Assembly: GCA_964636545.1 (NCBI GenBank)
Contig: CAZWSR010000002.1
Span: 1 to 64,000, forward strand
Origin: Candidatus Undinarchaeota archaeon
GTDB lineage: Archaea > Undinarchaeota > Undinarchaeia > Undinarchaeales > UBA543
DNA length: 64,000 bases
Direction: 5' to 3'
Shown here piece by piece: positions 19,757-29,685 of the stretch. How positions within the stretch are numbered: the first letter of the stretch is position 1; each line of letters begins with the position of its first letter. A model generated the notes under the pieces. The model saw nothing but the letters and a program-made list of their open reading frames with translations. It was not told where the DNA came from and ran no database searches. The position numbers and the translations under genes are program-made.

Positions 19757-20643
19757 CTGACAAAAACAAAGGAATTTTGTTTGTATCAATTGGTGTATTC
19801 TGTTTTTCAATTGGTTCTGTACTTATTAAAATATTGAAGCCGTTTTTCACTGCAATAGGACAGACCTTTTGGAGACAATTATTTGTTATTGCAATATTCA
19901 TAATTATCTTTTTAATACAGAAAAAAAAGCCGTGGAAAACTTTCAGTAAAGAGTTTATTATTTACGGAATTGTGGCGCTTGCAATAGGCTCATTGTTAAT
20001 TGTATCTGCGCTTTTCTTTGCTGATGTGTCAACAGTCCTATTTTTAGACACATTATATATTATTTTCAATATAATATTTTCAAATATTCTGCTTGGTGAA
20101 AAATTCAGTAGAAAAGAAGTTATGCTGACGCTTATTGGTTTTTCAGGAGCAGCCATATTATTTGTACCTGCGATTAGCCTTAGCTTGACACGACTTGAGA
20201 TTATTGGGATGATTCTGGCTGTTGTTTCTGCAATTGATTATTCGTTTTGTCAGATTTATACAAGAAAATTAAGAAGAACTCATAAAACAGTAGATATTCA
20301 GTTCTGGGGTTTGGTTGTTAGTGTAATATTCCTTTTGCCTTTGTTGTTATTTATTGGGAAACCGAGCCAAATACTACACGCTGGTGCGAAAGGTATTGGA
20401 TGGTTGGCAACATTAGGAATTAGTGGAATGTTGGTTGGATTTTATTCTCTGATAAAAGGAATGAAATATATTCGCGCATCAGTTTCAGGATTGGTTTTAT
20501 TGGCTGAAGCGCCACTTGCAACAGTTTTTGCACTTGCATTACTTGGAGAAATGCCTAATGGTTGGACATTGTTAGGTGGTGGAGTGATTTTGTTGGCTGG
20601 TGGGCTGTTGATACGAGATCAGAAGAAGATAGTAAAAATATAA
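19750..20643 (+). CDS. DMT/EamA family transporter
   Basis: About 10 TM segments; LLGEK and EAPLATVFA..LLGE EamA patterns. Confidence 0.85.
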   Translation: MLTDKNKGILFVSIGVFCFSIGSVLIKILKPFFTAIGQTFWRQLFVIAIFIIIFLIQKKKPWKTFSKEFIIYGIVALAIGSLLIVSALFFADVSTVLFLDTLYIIFNIIFSNILLGEKFSRKEVMLTLIGFSGAAILFVPAISLSLTRLEIIGMILAVVSAIDYSFCQIYTRKLRRTHKTVDIQFWGLVVSVIFLLPLLLFIGKPSQILHAGAKGIGWLATLGISGMLVGFYSLIKGMKYIRASVSGLVLLAEAPLATVFALALLGEMPNGWTLLGGGVILLAGGLLIRDQKKIVKI

Positions 20644-20667
20644 GTAAAAGAAAAAACAATCATTTTT

Positions 20668-21336
20668 ATGGAATTTGTGAAATGCCGCTTACAGAAAAAT
20701 GGAGAAAAAACAAAGCTTTATGAAAAAAATAAAGAGCTATTTCTTAGAGCCATAAGCGCGTGTAGAATGAGGAAAATACTCAAACTTAGGAAGGTTAGTT
20801 GCACCCCTTATGTTTCTCCTGGAAAATATGAAGTGACACATAGTAGGGGAGGGATCATTTTTGAAACGCAAGAAAAACCAAGATATTGGTCTGCATTCAA
20901 CACTTATGACTTTCAAGAAAATTTAAGAATACTAAAAAACGAAGCAGGTGAAGAAATTTCAAAAAAAATAGAAAAAAAACTAGTTTCATACTTTTTTTGC
21001 AATAAAAAAGAAGAATTTATAGAAAAATTTCCAAGTTTAAAAAAAGCTGTTTTAAAATTTGGAAACATCCTAAAACATTACATAAAGAAGCAAAGAGAAT
21101 TAGGATTAGATTTCCCGGTTTTATCAGACAATTACAATGAGATTCTTTTTGACAAAGACATAAAAATTACAATAAACGCTGTTTTTTATCCAAAAAACTT
21201 TTTAACGCGCTTGTATTTTAGAACAATGGTTTTGAGGAGAAATAAGCATGTCAAGAAATATTTTATGGGAAAACCAATTTATAAAAATGCATTAGATTAT
21301 TTTGAGAATAAAAAACCATGGGGAGTTGTTAAATAA
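20668..21336 (+). CDS. Hypothetical basic protein
   Basis: 222-aa AT-rich ORF with no recognised motif. Confidence 0.55.
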   Translation: MEFVKCRLQKNGEKTKLYEKNKELFLRAISACRMRKILKLRKVSCTPYVSPGKYEVTHSRGGIIFETQEKPRYWSAFNTYDFQENLRILKNEAGEEISKKIEKKLVSYFFCNKKEEFIEKFPSLKKAVLKFGNILKHYIKKQRELGLDFPVLSDNYNEILFDKDIKITINAVFYPKNFLTRLYFRTMVLRRNKHVKKYFMGKPIYKNALDYFENKKPWGVVK

Positions 21337-21341
21337 AAAAA

Positions 21342-21758
21342 TTACTCCAAAACCTCAATAGTAAAATTCAATTTAGTTGTTGGTTTCTTTAATTTCTCAA
21401 TTAATTCTCGTTTCAAATCACATGCTGCCTTGTCTGCATTAATCATTAAAGTTCTGGAACATTTGAAATCTGATTTGCGAATAACAATTGCTTCCTCGTG
21501 TTTCAGTGTTAATTCAGGACTTCCAAAACCAGTAACAACATCTTCAACTTCTCCTGCTTTCAAAGTGACTTTGATTCGTTTTCCTTCAGTAATTGCTTTT
21601 CGAATTTCAATATTCAAGTCAGAGCATACAGAAGACGCCCCAACAGCGATTATGCAATCACCAGCAGGCGTCAATTCAGTTTCTTTAGTAATTTCAATAG
21701 TTGTAGAGTGGGTTGCTAACACATTTGCGTGGCCATGAGCAGTTATGTTCTGTTTCAT
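21342..21758 (-). CDS. DUF371 family protein
   Basis: GHANVLATHSTTIEITKE..LTPAGDCII, RKSDF and ADKAA motifs. Confidence 0.9.
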   Translation of the reverse strand: MKQNITAHGHANVLATHSTTIEITKETELTPAGDCIIAVGASSVCSDLNIEIRKAITEGKRIKVTLKAGEVEDVVTGFGSPELTLKHEEAIVIRKSDFKCSRTLMINADKAACDLKRELIEKLKKPTTKLNFTIEVLE

Positions 21759-21829
21759 ATTGTAAGTAGTGGTTTTTTGGGATAAATACTTTGGGAAAGG
21801 ATATAAGCGAAGGAATACACAGAAAGTGT

Positions 21830-23287
21830 ATGGGAAAATTTACATGGTTTTGGTATTTGCTCGATAAACTAAAGTCATTGGGAAAAAAGAAAGAAGAACG
21901 AGTTGTACTAAAGCCAGTAAAGAAAGAAAACCTTGATGTAATAAGACCAACAGGGAAAAAGAAACATACAAAACCAGTAATAAAAGCAGCTCACGACAAA
22001 AAAGCAGAGAGAACAAAACCTCCAGAAAATATTATTTACCCACGCCACAGAGAAGGGAATGTTGAAGCATACATACGATCTGATGTTCTTGGTAAAATGA
22101 TCCAGCATGCAATAGATAATGAAAAAGAAATTATTGGATTTTTATTAACAGATAAAAGACGAAAATGGAATGGAGGAGAGTACCCAGTTGTTACAGACAG
22201 AGAATTTAGTGACAAGGGATTAAAACATACTGTAGCAGATGTCATACTTACAGATAAAACAAGAGGAGCAATTTTTGAAAAACTTGACACAAGGGAAAAG
22301 AAAGGAGAAGAGTATTTCATTATTGGTTGGTACCACTCACACCCAGGACATGGATGCTTCTTTTCACATACAGATATACACACGCAGAAAACAATGTTCA
22401 AAAAGAAACACCAAATTGGGATAGTGATAGATCCATTACACAACGAGCTAGCTGTTTATAGACTTGCGAAAAACAAGAACGGCCAAGATACTTCTGAAGA
22501 AGTAAAATATGCAATATATGGAAATAGTGTAATCAAATTAGTTAGAAACAAAAAACTTGTAGATGTGTTAATTAGTTTTGAAAATAAACGCGGGAAAAGT
22601 ATGGGATATAAACGAGATCCTAAAAAAATTGAAAGGATATATTATGATTTAAAAGAAATGGAAAAGGGAAGAACTGAATTAGAGAAAATTGGTGAGTTTA
22701 GAACACTGATAAAAGAACTTTTAGAAGATGAGGAAAAAGGAGAATTTTCATTTAAAAAAGACCCAAAAGAAAGACACATAACTGGATTATATAATCATAT
22801 TTTAAGTGAGCAAAAAGCAGGGCGTGTTGGAGAAGATATAACATTTTATTTGACTTTAGCAATAATTAGATATTTTTATGAGAATTATTACAAAGTAGGT
22901 GATAAGGAAAAGTTGGAATTTGTACAAAAAATTCAAAAAAATGATTGGGATAATTTATACATAAGCGAACTTGATGTTGACAAAGTGACAAAAGATGTAA
23001 AACCAGGAGGCCTCGGCAAACTTCTTAATATTTATCTTAGAAGAATAGATAATAGTATATTAGAAAGTGGTTTGGATGTTGAAAAGATTCTTAAAAATAC
23101 AAAAGATTCAGTTCAAACAAATACGCACAGAGTAGGGGAAGAATTATGGTTGAAAGGAATGCAGACAAACAGAAAAAGAATCCCAAAAGAAAAATACTTT
23201 GAAGGATTGCATATTTGGTTTAGACAGATTATTGGTTGTTGTGCGGATAAGATTGTAGAGGAGTGGAGAGAAGAGGAGGAGGATTAG
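21830..23287 (+). CDS. JAB1/MPN+ (JAMM) metalloprotease domain protein with a long C-terminal extension
   Basis: EIIGFLL ... IIGWYHSHPGHGCFFSHTDIHTQ ... IVIDP. ATG at 21830 follows a TATA-like box; the ORF track starts it at 21791. Confidence 0.85.
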   Translation: MGKFTWFWYLLDKLKSLGKKKEERVVLKPVKKENLDVIRPTGKKKHTKPVIKAAHDKKAERTKPPENIIYPRHREGNVEAYIRSDVLGKMIQHAIDNEKEIIGFLLTDKRRKWNGGEYPVVTDREFSDKGLKHTVADVILTDKTRGAIFEKLDTREKKGEEYFIIGWYHSHPGHGCFFSHTDIHTQKTMFKKKHQIGIVIDPLHNELAVYRLAKNKNGQDTSEEVKYAIYGNSVIKLVRNKKLVDVLISFENKRGKSMGYKRDPKKIERIYYDLKEMEKGRTELEKIGEFRTLIKELLEDEEKGEFSFKKDPKERHITGLYNHILSEQKAGRVGEDITFYLTLAIIRYFYENYYKVGDKEKLEFVQKIQKNDWDNLYISELDVDKVTKDVKPGGLGKLLNIYLRRIDNSILESGLDVEKILKNTKDSVQTNTHRVGEELWLKGMQTNRKRIPKEKYFEGLHIWFRQIIGCCADKIVEEWREEEED

Positions 23288-23289
23288 AA

Positions 23290-24291
23290 TTAACCCCACT
23301 GCTCCAAACTTGATTGATTTTTAGCTCGTCCTGCTTTTTCAATTTTCTCAAATGTGTGTTCAATTCGTTCTTTTGAAAAGTCGTTCTTCTCATGTAAAAC
23401 TTCAACTAATTTATCAAGATCAGCATCAGACCATTTGAGAGTGTATTCCTTAGAAACATCTGGTTTTGTGAAGATTTTCTTAACAATATCTGGCTCAACA
23501 GCATACTCATGTTCTTTCCAATTACCTTCCAGAACGGCTTTCAATGCTTTTTTTGGACCAATTCCTTTAATTCCTGGATTAAAATCAGTTCCAACCATTA
23601 TTCCAATTTCAATAAGCTGTTCTTGATTAACTCCAAGTTCTTTCAAAACCTTGTCTAATTCAATTAAGTGTGGTTTTAATTCATAGTGGTAATTCTTTCC
23701 AGGCACTTTGCGTTTGCCAGTAATCGTTATGTTGCGAACAAGTTTTTGAGCCCCGAAAAGAAGTGAATCGAAATCCTGTGAACCAACTGCATAAACATCA
23801 TTTTGCTGGCAAATTAGAGCTGCCTGTGCTTCTCCTTCAGATGGTGCCTGAACCCAAGGAATTCCAAGTGCATCTAGAAGTGTTTTGGAATCAATAACCA
23901 TTTGCTCAGTTAATTTTGAAGTTGCTTGAGCATATTTTTTAGCTGCAACCATATCCTTTTTCTCAACAGCTTCCTGCCATTTTTTGCGAGCAGCTTTTTT
24001 GATGCGCCCACGAGCAATTATTGTGTCTTTTTTGAGTTGTGGTGGCTTGCCATCAAAAACAAAGCATGGCTGGATCCCGAGTTCCATTAGTTTAGCTGTT
24101 CTGTAAAATAAACCAGATAAGTGAGATGTGACTTTTCCATTAGAATTCATTAAGGGGGTGCCGTCAGCTTGTCGAATTATTGCTAAAAACTGGTACAGTG
24201 TATTGAATGCGTCAATTGCTATTTTGCGGCCTGTCAAGTCCTTTAAATCAAGCTCCTGGTGCTCTACAAGGTCAGAAATGTCAACTCCCAT
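23290..24291 (-). CDS. fen: Flap endonuclease 1
   Basis: IDAFNTLYQFL, EGEAQ, SQDFDSLLFG, GTDFNPG and the C-terminal PIP box QSSLEQW. Confidence 0.97.
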   Translation of the reverse strand: MGVDISDLVEHQELDLKDLTGRKIAIDAFNTLYQFLAIIRQADGTPLMNSNGKVTSHLSGLFYRTAKLMELGIQPCFVFDGKPPQLKKDTIIARGRIKKAARKKWQEAVEKKDMVAAKKYAQATSKLTEQMVIDSKTLLDALGIPWVQAPSEGEAQAALICQQNDVYAVGSQDFDSLLFGAQKLVRNITITGKRKVPGKNYHYELKPHLIELDKVLKELGVNQEQLIEIGIMVGTDFNPGIKGIGPKKALKAVLEGNWKEHEYAVEPDIVKKIFTKPDVSKEYTLKWSDADLDKLVEVLHEKNDFSKERIEHTFEKIEKAGRAKNQSSLEQWG

Positions 24292-24359
24292 ACTATATTT
24301 AGAACGAGGTTGTTTAAAAGAGATACTATTTTATAACAAGAAGATAAAGGAGAAAGGTA

Positions 24360-25811
24360 ATGGTAAAACCAAAGTTTAGAGGAATTAAAAAAGAGTTACA
24401 AAGAAAAATACTCAAAAAAGAGTTTTTAGATGATTTATTTGAGAAAAATAGAGAGATAGACCTTCTTGGAAGCAAATTTAAAGATTTTGGAAAAGTTAAG
24501 CAGGCTCTGTATAAAGAGCTCACGCCAGTAATGAAACAGACAATAAAATATTTTGAAGATAGAGATGTCCCATATATTGACAAAACTAATTTTTGGAAAT
24601 GGTTTAGAGAAACCAGGTTCATGAAAAGTACTCGTGTGCAGAAAAAGATTCTTCCAGGAGATGAACGGATGATGGAAGAACAATTCGATACTCTTCTAGT
24701 AAACATAATTCATGGACACATGACAATTTTGCTTTGGTTATATGCCGCCCCAGAATGGATTGTACCAAATTTAAAACATCTGATTGAATTACCATCCGGG
24801 CCGGGTTTTGATGAATTACAATGGGTAATTGCAATGATTATGGGAGGAATTGCAGGAAGTGCAACAATAAACTTTTTCGCGAGTATAACAAGAGCACTAC
24901 TGCATCAAAGGGAATTTAAAAAATATGCAGAGCGGCATGAGATTGAGTTTGTTGATCTTGGGGAAATGAAAAAAATCGCAAAAAAATACGCAAAAACTGG
25001 AATAAAAGAACTAAGATATAACAGAAAATATGAAAGTTTTACAAAGAAAATAAGAAACAAAAGAGTACTAAGTAGGAGACAAAAAAGAAAGTATAAGCAG
25101 TTTGTTACCCGCCTATTTCTAAAAAACATACCAACCAAAAAAGCAAGAGACAGTCTTTTTGAGAAATATTACAAAGTAGTACAGGAACAAGGAAGAATAA
25201 TAGATGAATATAAACAGTTATCAAAAAAATCACCTCGTTTGAAAAAACAATTCCAAAAAACAAAAAGGAGGAAAGAAAATTTTTATGACTTAACAATTAC
25301 TGAGCAGAAAACAGGGCCACACAGACCAATATTGGAGTCAGAGATGGAGTTTGCAAATGAATATGCAAAGGCATTTGGATTTGAAGAAAAGATAGAAAAA
25401 ACAGAAATAGCTGGAATAAAAAAAGAACAAATGAAAACTGCATGGTATTGGTACAAAAAAGCATTGAAAGAACGGGGTAAAAAAGTAATGAAAGAAGATA
25501 AAAAAGAGATTTTCACAACTGCTATGTATAGAAGTTTTGCAAGAGATTATCAAGGCCAATGGGTTACATTGCTCCCATTGTATTGTTTTTCTGGATTTGA
25601 TATATTGAATGTGTTTTTTAGAAAACATAAAGGAAGTAGAGGTGGCGCAATGTGGCGAATTCCAAAAGTAAATGTTGCAAGTATGACAATATGGTCCGTG
25701 ATGCTTTGGATTATACTTGGGAGAAAAATAAAAAGGGGCGAGAAAAAAATAGCAGTTCCAAAAGAAATTCTAGAAAAAGCTAAAGAGATGAGGAAATTCA
25801 ATAAGCCATAA
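24360..25811 (+). CDS. Hypothetical basic membrane-associated protein
   Basis: 483-aa ORF with 3-4 hydrophobic segments and Lys-rich helical regions. Confidence 0.6.
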   Translation: MVKPKFRGIKKELQRKILKKEFLDDLFEKNREIDLLGSKFKDFGKVKQALYKELTPVMKQTIKYFEDRDVPYIDKTNFWKWFRETRFMKSTRVQKKILPGDERMMEEQFDTLLVNIIHGHMTILLWLYAAPEWIVPNLKHLIELPSGPGFDELQWVIAMIMGGIAGSATINFFASITRALLHQREFKKYAERHEIEFVDLGEMKKIAKKYAKTGIKELRYNRKYESFTKKIRNKRVLSRRQKRKYKQFVTRLFLKNIPTKKARDSLFEKYYKVVQEQGRIIDEYKQLSKKSPRLKKQFQKTKRRKENFYDLTITEQKTGPHRPILESEMEFANEYAKAFGFEEKIEKTEIAGIKKEQMKTAWYWYKKALKERGKKVMKEDKKEIFTTAMYRSFARDYQGQWVTLLPLYCFSGFDILNVFFRKHKGSRGGAMWRIPKVNVASMTIWSVMLWIILGRKIKRGEKKIAVPKEILEKAKEMRKFNKP

Positions 25812-25841
25812 CCTTTTTAAACAACTACCCGAACCAGATTA

Positions 25842-26165
25842 TTGATGGGAATTATAATAAACAAGTCAGCTATTTTCTGTAGTGCATTCGCAGTTCTAGC
25901 TGTTGTGCTTGGATTAAACCCCTATGCTGCTTTTGCTGTGAGTATGGCAAGTTTTGTGCCAGTTAGGATGATTTTTGGTGGTAAAATGTTCTCACAAACA
26001 GGCGCAGTAGCTGGTTTTTTCACTGTAATGAGCATGTATTATTTCCAATTCACACCAATTCAGGCGTTTGCTCTTGGAACAGCTAGTGGATATGGTTTTC
26101 TTTACTTTTGGATATTGGCAGTTCCGAAACTGTTAAAAGACAAAAAAACTAGCATAGGAATATGA
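25842..26165 (+). CDS. Small hypothetical membrane protein
   Basis: Hydrophobic 107-aa ORF with ATGA overlap to carS. Confidence 0.6.
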   Translation: MMGIIINKSAIFCSAFAVLAVVLGLNPYAAFAVSMASFVPVRMIFGGKMFSQTGAVAGFFTVMSMYYFQFTPIQAFALGTASGYGFLYFWILAVPKLLKDKKTSIGI

Positions 26166-26632
26166 ATGAATTATTGTTTGAAGTTTTGAAATGGGGTGTG
26201 CCAATGGGACTTGCGAATATGGTCCCGGTTTTCATAAAAGGAACACACCCAATTGATTTTGGTAAAGAAATTCGAGGAAAGAGAATTTTTGGAAAAGGGA
26301 AAACATTGGAAGGTTTGATTAGTGGAACATTTATTGGTGGGATAATTGGGCTTTTGTTTGGAAATTGGCAGTTAGGACTTGTAATTGGACTTGGATCATT
26401 ATTAGGTGATATTTTTGAGAGTTTTTTGAAAAGACGAGTAGGAATTAAGAGTGGACAGCCATGGTGGGGATTTGATCAACTTGATTTTGTTATTGGAGCA
26501 TTGATACTAGGATCTTTTGTTGAACCGATATCAAGAACTGCAATAATCATTTTGCTGATTGGAATGCCAATCTTACATCCGCTAGCTAACTATATTGGGT
26601 ACAAGCTAAAGATTAAGAAGAACAAGTTCTAA
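26162..26632 (+). CDS. carS: CDP-archaeol synthase
   Basis: ANMVPV, PIDFG..RIFGKGKT, GDIFESFLKRR and DQLDF motifs. Confidence 0.92.
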   Translation: MNELLFEVLKWGVPMGLANMVPVFIKGTHPIDFGKEIRGKRIFGKGKTLEGLISGTFIGGIIGLLFGNWQLGLVIGLGSLLGDIFESFLKRRVGIKSGQPWWGFDQLDFVIGALILGSFVEPISRTAIIILLIGMPILHPLANYIGYKLKIKKNKF

Positions 26633-27930
26633 ATGTATCTTCCTCGCTTCTCCAAAAGGAATACTACTGCAAGAATTATTGCAAGTAAAATTACTCCCCA
26701 CAACAAGTAGGTTTTGAGTGTTGACTTTGGTTTTTCTACATCAGAATCATCTAGGTCACCAATTGGTGTGTCAGGCGCAATTGTGTCATTTGTTTCTGGT
26801 TCAGAAGGAATCACTGTCTTCTGAACAACTGAAACTGTGTGATCATACTTAAATTCACCAGGCGCTTTCCATTCACAATCTTTGTACTCAGCATTGAGAG
26901 TTAGTGTGTAATCACCTTCAGAAACTCCGCCAGGTATTTCAATTTGGAACGTTGCTGTTGGGTCACTTGCCTGCTCAACTGCTGGAGGGAATGTCATGTC
27001 GCTTGGAAGTATGTTGAAAATTGGGATTTCAAATTTACCAGATTCTTCTTCAAGTGTTAGATTCATGTTGCAAGCAGAATGTGTGCCAGCTTTGGTATTC
27101 CATACATAAACAGGTATGTCAAATATATTTCCTCGAACAAAAGTTGCTGGAGTGTCCATAAGTGCTTTCATTTCCGGTAGGTTGTTCCCGATTTTGGCTT
27201 TGTTGAAAATAACAACACTTTCGTTAATAATCATCTTGTTTGTTTTGTTCAAGTACTTGAACCGAACTTCGATTGGGACAGCGACAGTATCATAAATTAA
27301 GGTATCTCGCATTGATTGGCCAGAAAGCTTGTAAGTGAAAGCATATGTTGTTGTATCGCCTTTTGAAAGTGAAGTAGCGCCATCGGTCATAGTAGTGTAA
27401 ACATAGTAAGATGGGTGTTGCACAAACTCTGCATCAAGTTCTGTAATTCCTTCTTCACCATCTGCAATAAGATCTAAATAAATTGTAAAAGAAGAATTTG
27501 AAGTCACCATTGATGGATTAGTTCTAGACTCGACAAGCCCTATGCCCGGTTTTGCAAACACATATGCATATTCTGGGTCATATGAATACCCAGTATTGTC
27601 TGTGAAAACTACTTTTAATTCATAAAGGCCAGTTTCAGGCCAAGCATGATCAATTACAACTAATTTTATCACATCAGTTGGTATAGTGTCAGCAGATTCA
27701 GCAGGAATTGAAGTGAAATTCACTCCATCAACATAATAATTTAAGACACTAGTGTTGAAATCCTCATTATCAGTTCGCATAGTGAGACCGATGTCATTTC
27801 TTATGTAAAGTCCAATTTTTCCATCAACATTCTCAACTTTAGATACGGTTGTTGTTCCCGAAGCCAGCACTTGCGCTGACAGAAGGACTGCGAAAAGCAG
27901 TACTGATATCAATAAAATTGTACGTTTCAT
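26629..27930 (-). CDS. Secreted S-layer-associated Ig-like (COG1361-type) protein with a C-terminal anchor
   Basis: Signal peptide, beta-rich body, G.YTLTLNAEY and a C-terminal TM segment followed by basic residues. Confidence 0.65.
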   Translation of the reverse strand: MKRTILLISVLLFAVLLSAQVLASGTTTVSKVENVDGKIGLYIRNDIGLTMRTDNEDFNTSVLNYYVDGVNFTSIPAESADTIPTDVIKLVVIDHAWPETGLYELKVVFTDNTGYSYDPEYAYVFAKPGIGLVESRTNPSMVTSNSSFTIYLDLIADGEEGITELDAEFVQHPSYYVYTTMTDGATSLSKGDTTTYAFTYKLSGQSMRDTLIYDTVAVPIEVRFKYLNKTNKMIINESVVIFNKAKIGNNLPEMKALMDTPATFVRGNIFDIPVYVWNTKAGTHSACNMNLTLEEESGKFEIPIFNILPSDMTFPPAVEQASDPTATFQIEIPGGVSEGDYTLTLNAEYKDCEWKAPGEFKYDHTVSVVQKTVIPSEPETNDTIAPDTPIGDLDDSDVEKPKSTLKTYLLWGVILLAIILAVVFLLEKRGRYI

Positions 27931-27961
27931 TCTTCTCCCCTATCAAAAAGTATGACTGTGG

Positions 27962-28996
27962 TTACTTATAAATCTTAATGTCGGCGCAAAAACAGTATTC
28001 TCTAGGTGCATATGACTTAACAGTACGAATTGTAAGTATTTTGAACTTTTTTGATTTGAGTCGGAACTGAACTTCGGCCCTTACTTCCTGTTTTGTAGAT
28101 TTAAATGTATAATAGTGAATTGTTCCACCCTTAGGATTTAATGCTTTCAAAGCAGATGGGAGGAAATTGATGCTAGTTTTTGGTAGATTCATTATTATTC
28201 TATCAGCAATTCCTTTTAGTTTTGTGGTTGCAAGAAGCCTAGAATCTCCAACATATGCCGTGATTTTGTCTGAAACTTTGTTGATTTTTGCATTTTCATT
28301 CAAATAATCAATAGCAGTGCTGTTAATATCAACTGCAATAACTTTTTTAACAAGGGCCTGCTTCTTAGCGATTGTTATTGAAAACGGACCAGCTCCAGCA
28401 AACATATCAAGAACTGTTTCACCAGATTTTACTTTTTTGAATATTGTTTCACGCTCAGTAGACAATCTTGGTGAAAAGAAAACTTTTTTGATATCAAATT
28501 TGAAAATACATCCAGACTCTTTGTAGGTTGCTACTGAGGTTCCAGTGCCAGCTATCTTTTTTAGTGGACGAACACGTTCAATACCACGAACACTGCCGGT
28601 TTTCTTGAAAACGGCTCGCGCGTTTGTATGGATTTTAAGGAAAGATTCACCAATTATTTTCTCTTTTTTAGAAAGTTCTGGTGGAATTTCAACAACAATT
28701 ACATCACCAAAAACATCAAAAGAGGTTTTTAGTTTGGCAAGCTCGGTTTTTGTTAGTTTTTTTGATAAGACTTCAGACACACTTTTTGGTTTTTCGTAGA
28801 TTTTGATGAGTTTTTTAGCAGAAACTGTGCCAAGTTTTATTTTGCTTCGAACAAAATTAGAGTTTAATGGAAAAAAGATAGATTTAGAATCAGAAAATAT
28901 TTTCCGAGTGTGGCCAAGATAATTTAAAGAAATTAGTTTTTTGCGGACCTGTTCCGCTTTCTTTTTTGGAACTTTTAGGCACTTATTATTATTCAT
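27962..28996 (-). CDS. trm5: tRNA (guanine37-N1)-methyltransferase Trm5 / Met10+ family
   Basis: FD.FGD, KESGC.F, VFFSPRLSTER, DMFAGAGPF and RIIMNLP motifs; start placed at MNNNKC. Confidence 0.85.
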   Translation of the reverse strand: MNNNKCLKVPKKKAEQVRKKLISLNYLGHTRKIFSDSKSIFFPLNSNFVRSKIKLGTVSAKKLIKIYEKPKSVSEVLSKKLTKTELAKLKTSFDVFGDVIVVEIPPELSKKEKIIGESFLKIHTNARAVFKKTGSVRGIERVRPLKKIAGTGTSVATYKESGCIFKFDIKKVFFSPRLSTERETIFKKVKSGETVLDMFAGAGPFSITIAKKQALVKKVIAVDINSTAIDYLNENAKINKVSDKITAYVGDSRLLATTKLKGIADRIIMNLPKTSINFLPSALKALNPKGGTIHYYTFKSTKQEVRAEVQFRLKSKKFKILTIRTVKSYAPREYCFCADIKIYK

Positions 28997-29579
28997 TTTC
29001 AAAAGAACAATCAAACCTGCTGTTGATAGCGAGTATTGCCATCTTGCAGGCGGCAGCATCCATGTTGTATTGGTTTGTAGCATGGACAATAACTGTATTG
29101 TTTATGACTTGAATTAAATCTTGATCAGAGTTTTCAATAAGATGAATAATTGGGGTAAATTTAGTGGCGTTTTCAAGTGACATTACAGGCACAGTTGTTT
29201 GGTTTTCAACTGCGTGAGTGTACACAACACCAGAGCGGATAAGCAAACTAGTAAATGTCTTGAAAAGTTCATAAGATGACAAACCAAGACCAGATGTTCC
29301 ATTTGGTTCAAGAAGGATGTAAACATCTTGAACTAGTGGATTTAGTACTATTCGCTCAAAGTCATAGTCAGTTGGAGTTATTGGAAATGTAGAACAATCA
29401 CTAATATTTGCCCTGAATGGAACAAGTGTGTTTTCACAGCGATAATAATTATCTGGGATTTCAGGGGGTTCTGTTATTTTCTCTCCGAAATCCAAAAAAC
29501 CAAGAAGAAGCATAGCAACAATAAGGATTATGATAGCTGTGATGATTGAAATACTGAAAATAGATTTGTCAAGTTTCAT
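28989..29579 (-). CDS. Hypothetical N-terminally anchored exported protein
   Basis: N-terminal TM helix, cysteines and NxS/T sequons. Confidence 0.6.
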   Translation of the reverse strand: MKLDKSIFSISIITAIIILIVAMLLLGFLDFGEKITEPPEIPDNYYRCENTLVPFRANISDCSTFPITPTDYDFERIVLNPLVQDVYILLEPNGTSGLGLSSYELFKTFTSLLIRSGVVYTHAVENQTTVPVMSLENATKFTPIIHLIENSDQDLIQVINNTVIVHATNQYNMDAAACKMAILAINSRFDCSFENE

Positions 29580-29622
29580 GTTAGGAATACTCTAGTTTAG
29601 TTGTTTATAATGTTTATTGAAT

Positions 29623-29662
29623 AAAAAAAAGGGTAGAAAAGGGGGGTTTAAGCCCCTTTTCT
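29623..29662 (-). terminator. Hairpin plus oligo-T terminator of the S-layer gene
   Basis: AGAAAAGGGG..CCCCTTTTCT stem followed on the minus strand by T8. Confidence 0.7.
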
Positions 29663-29685
29663 TTTAGAGTGTTTCTCTAATTTAT

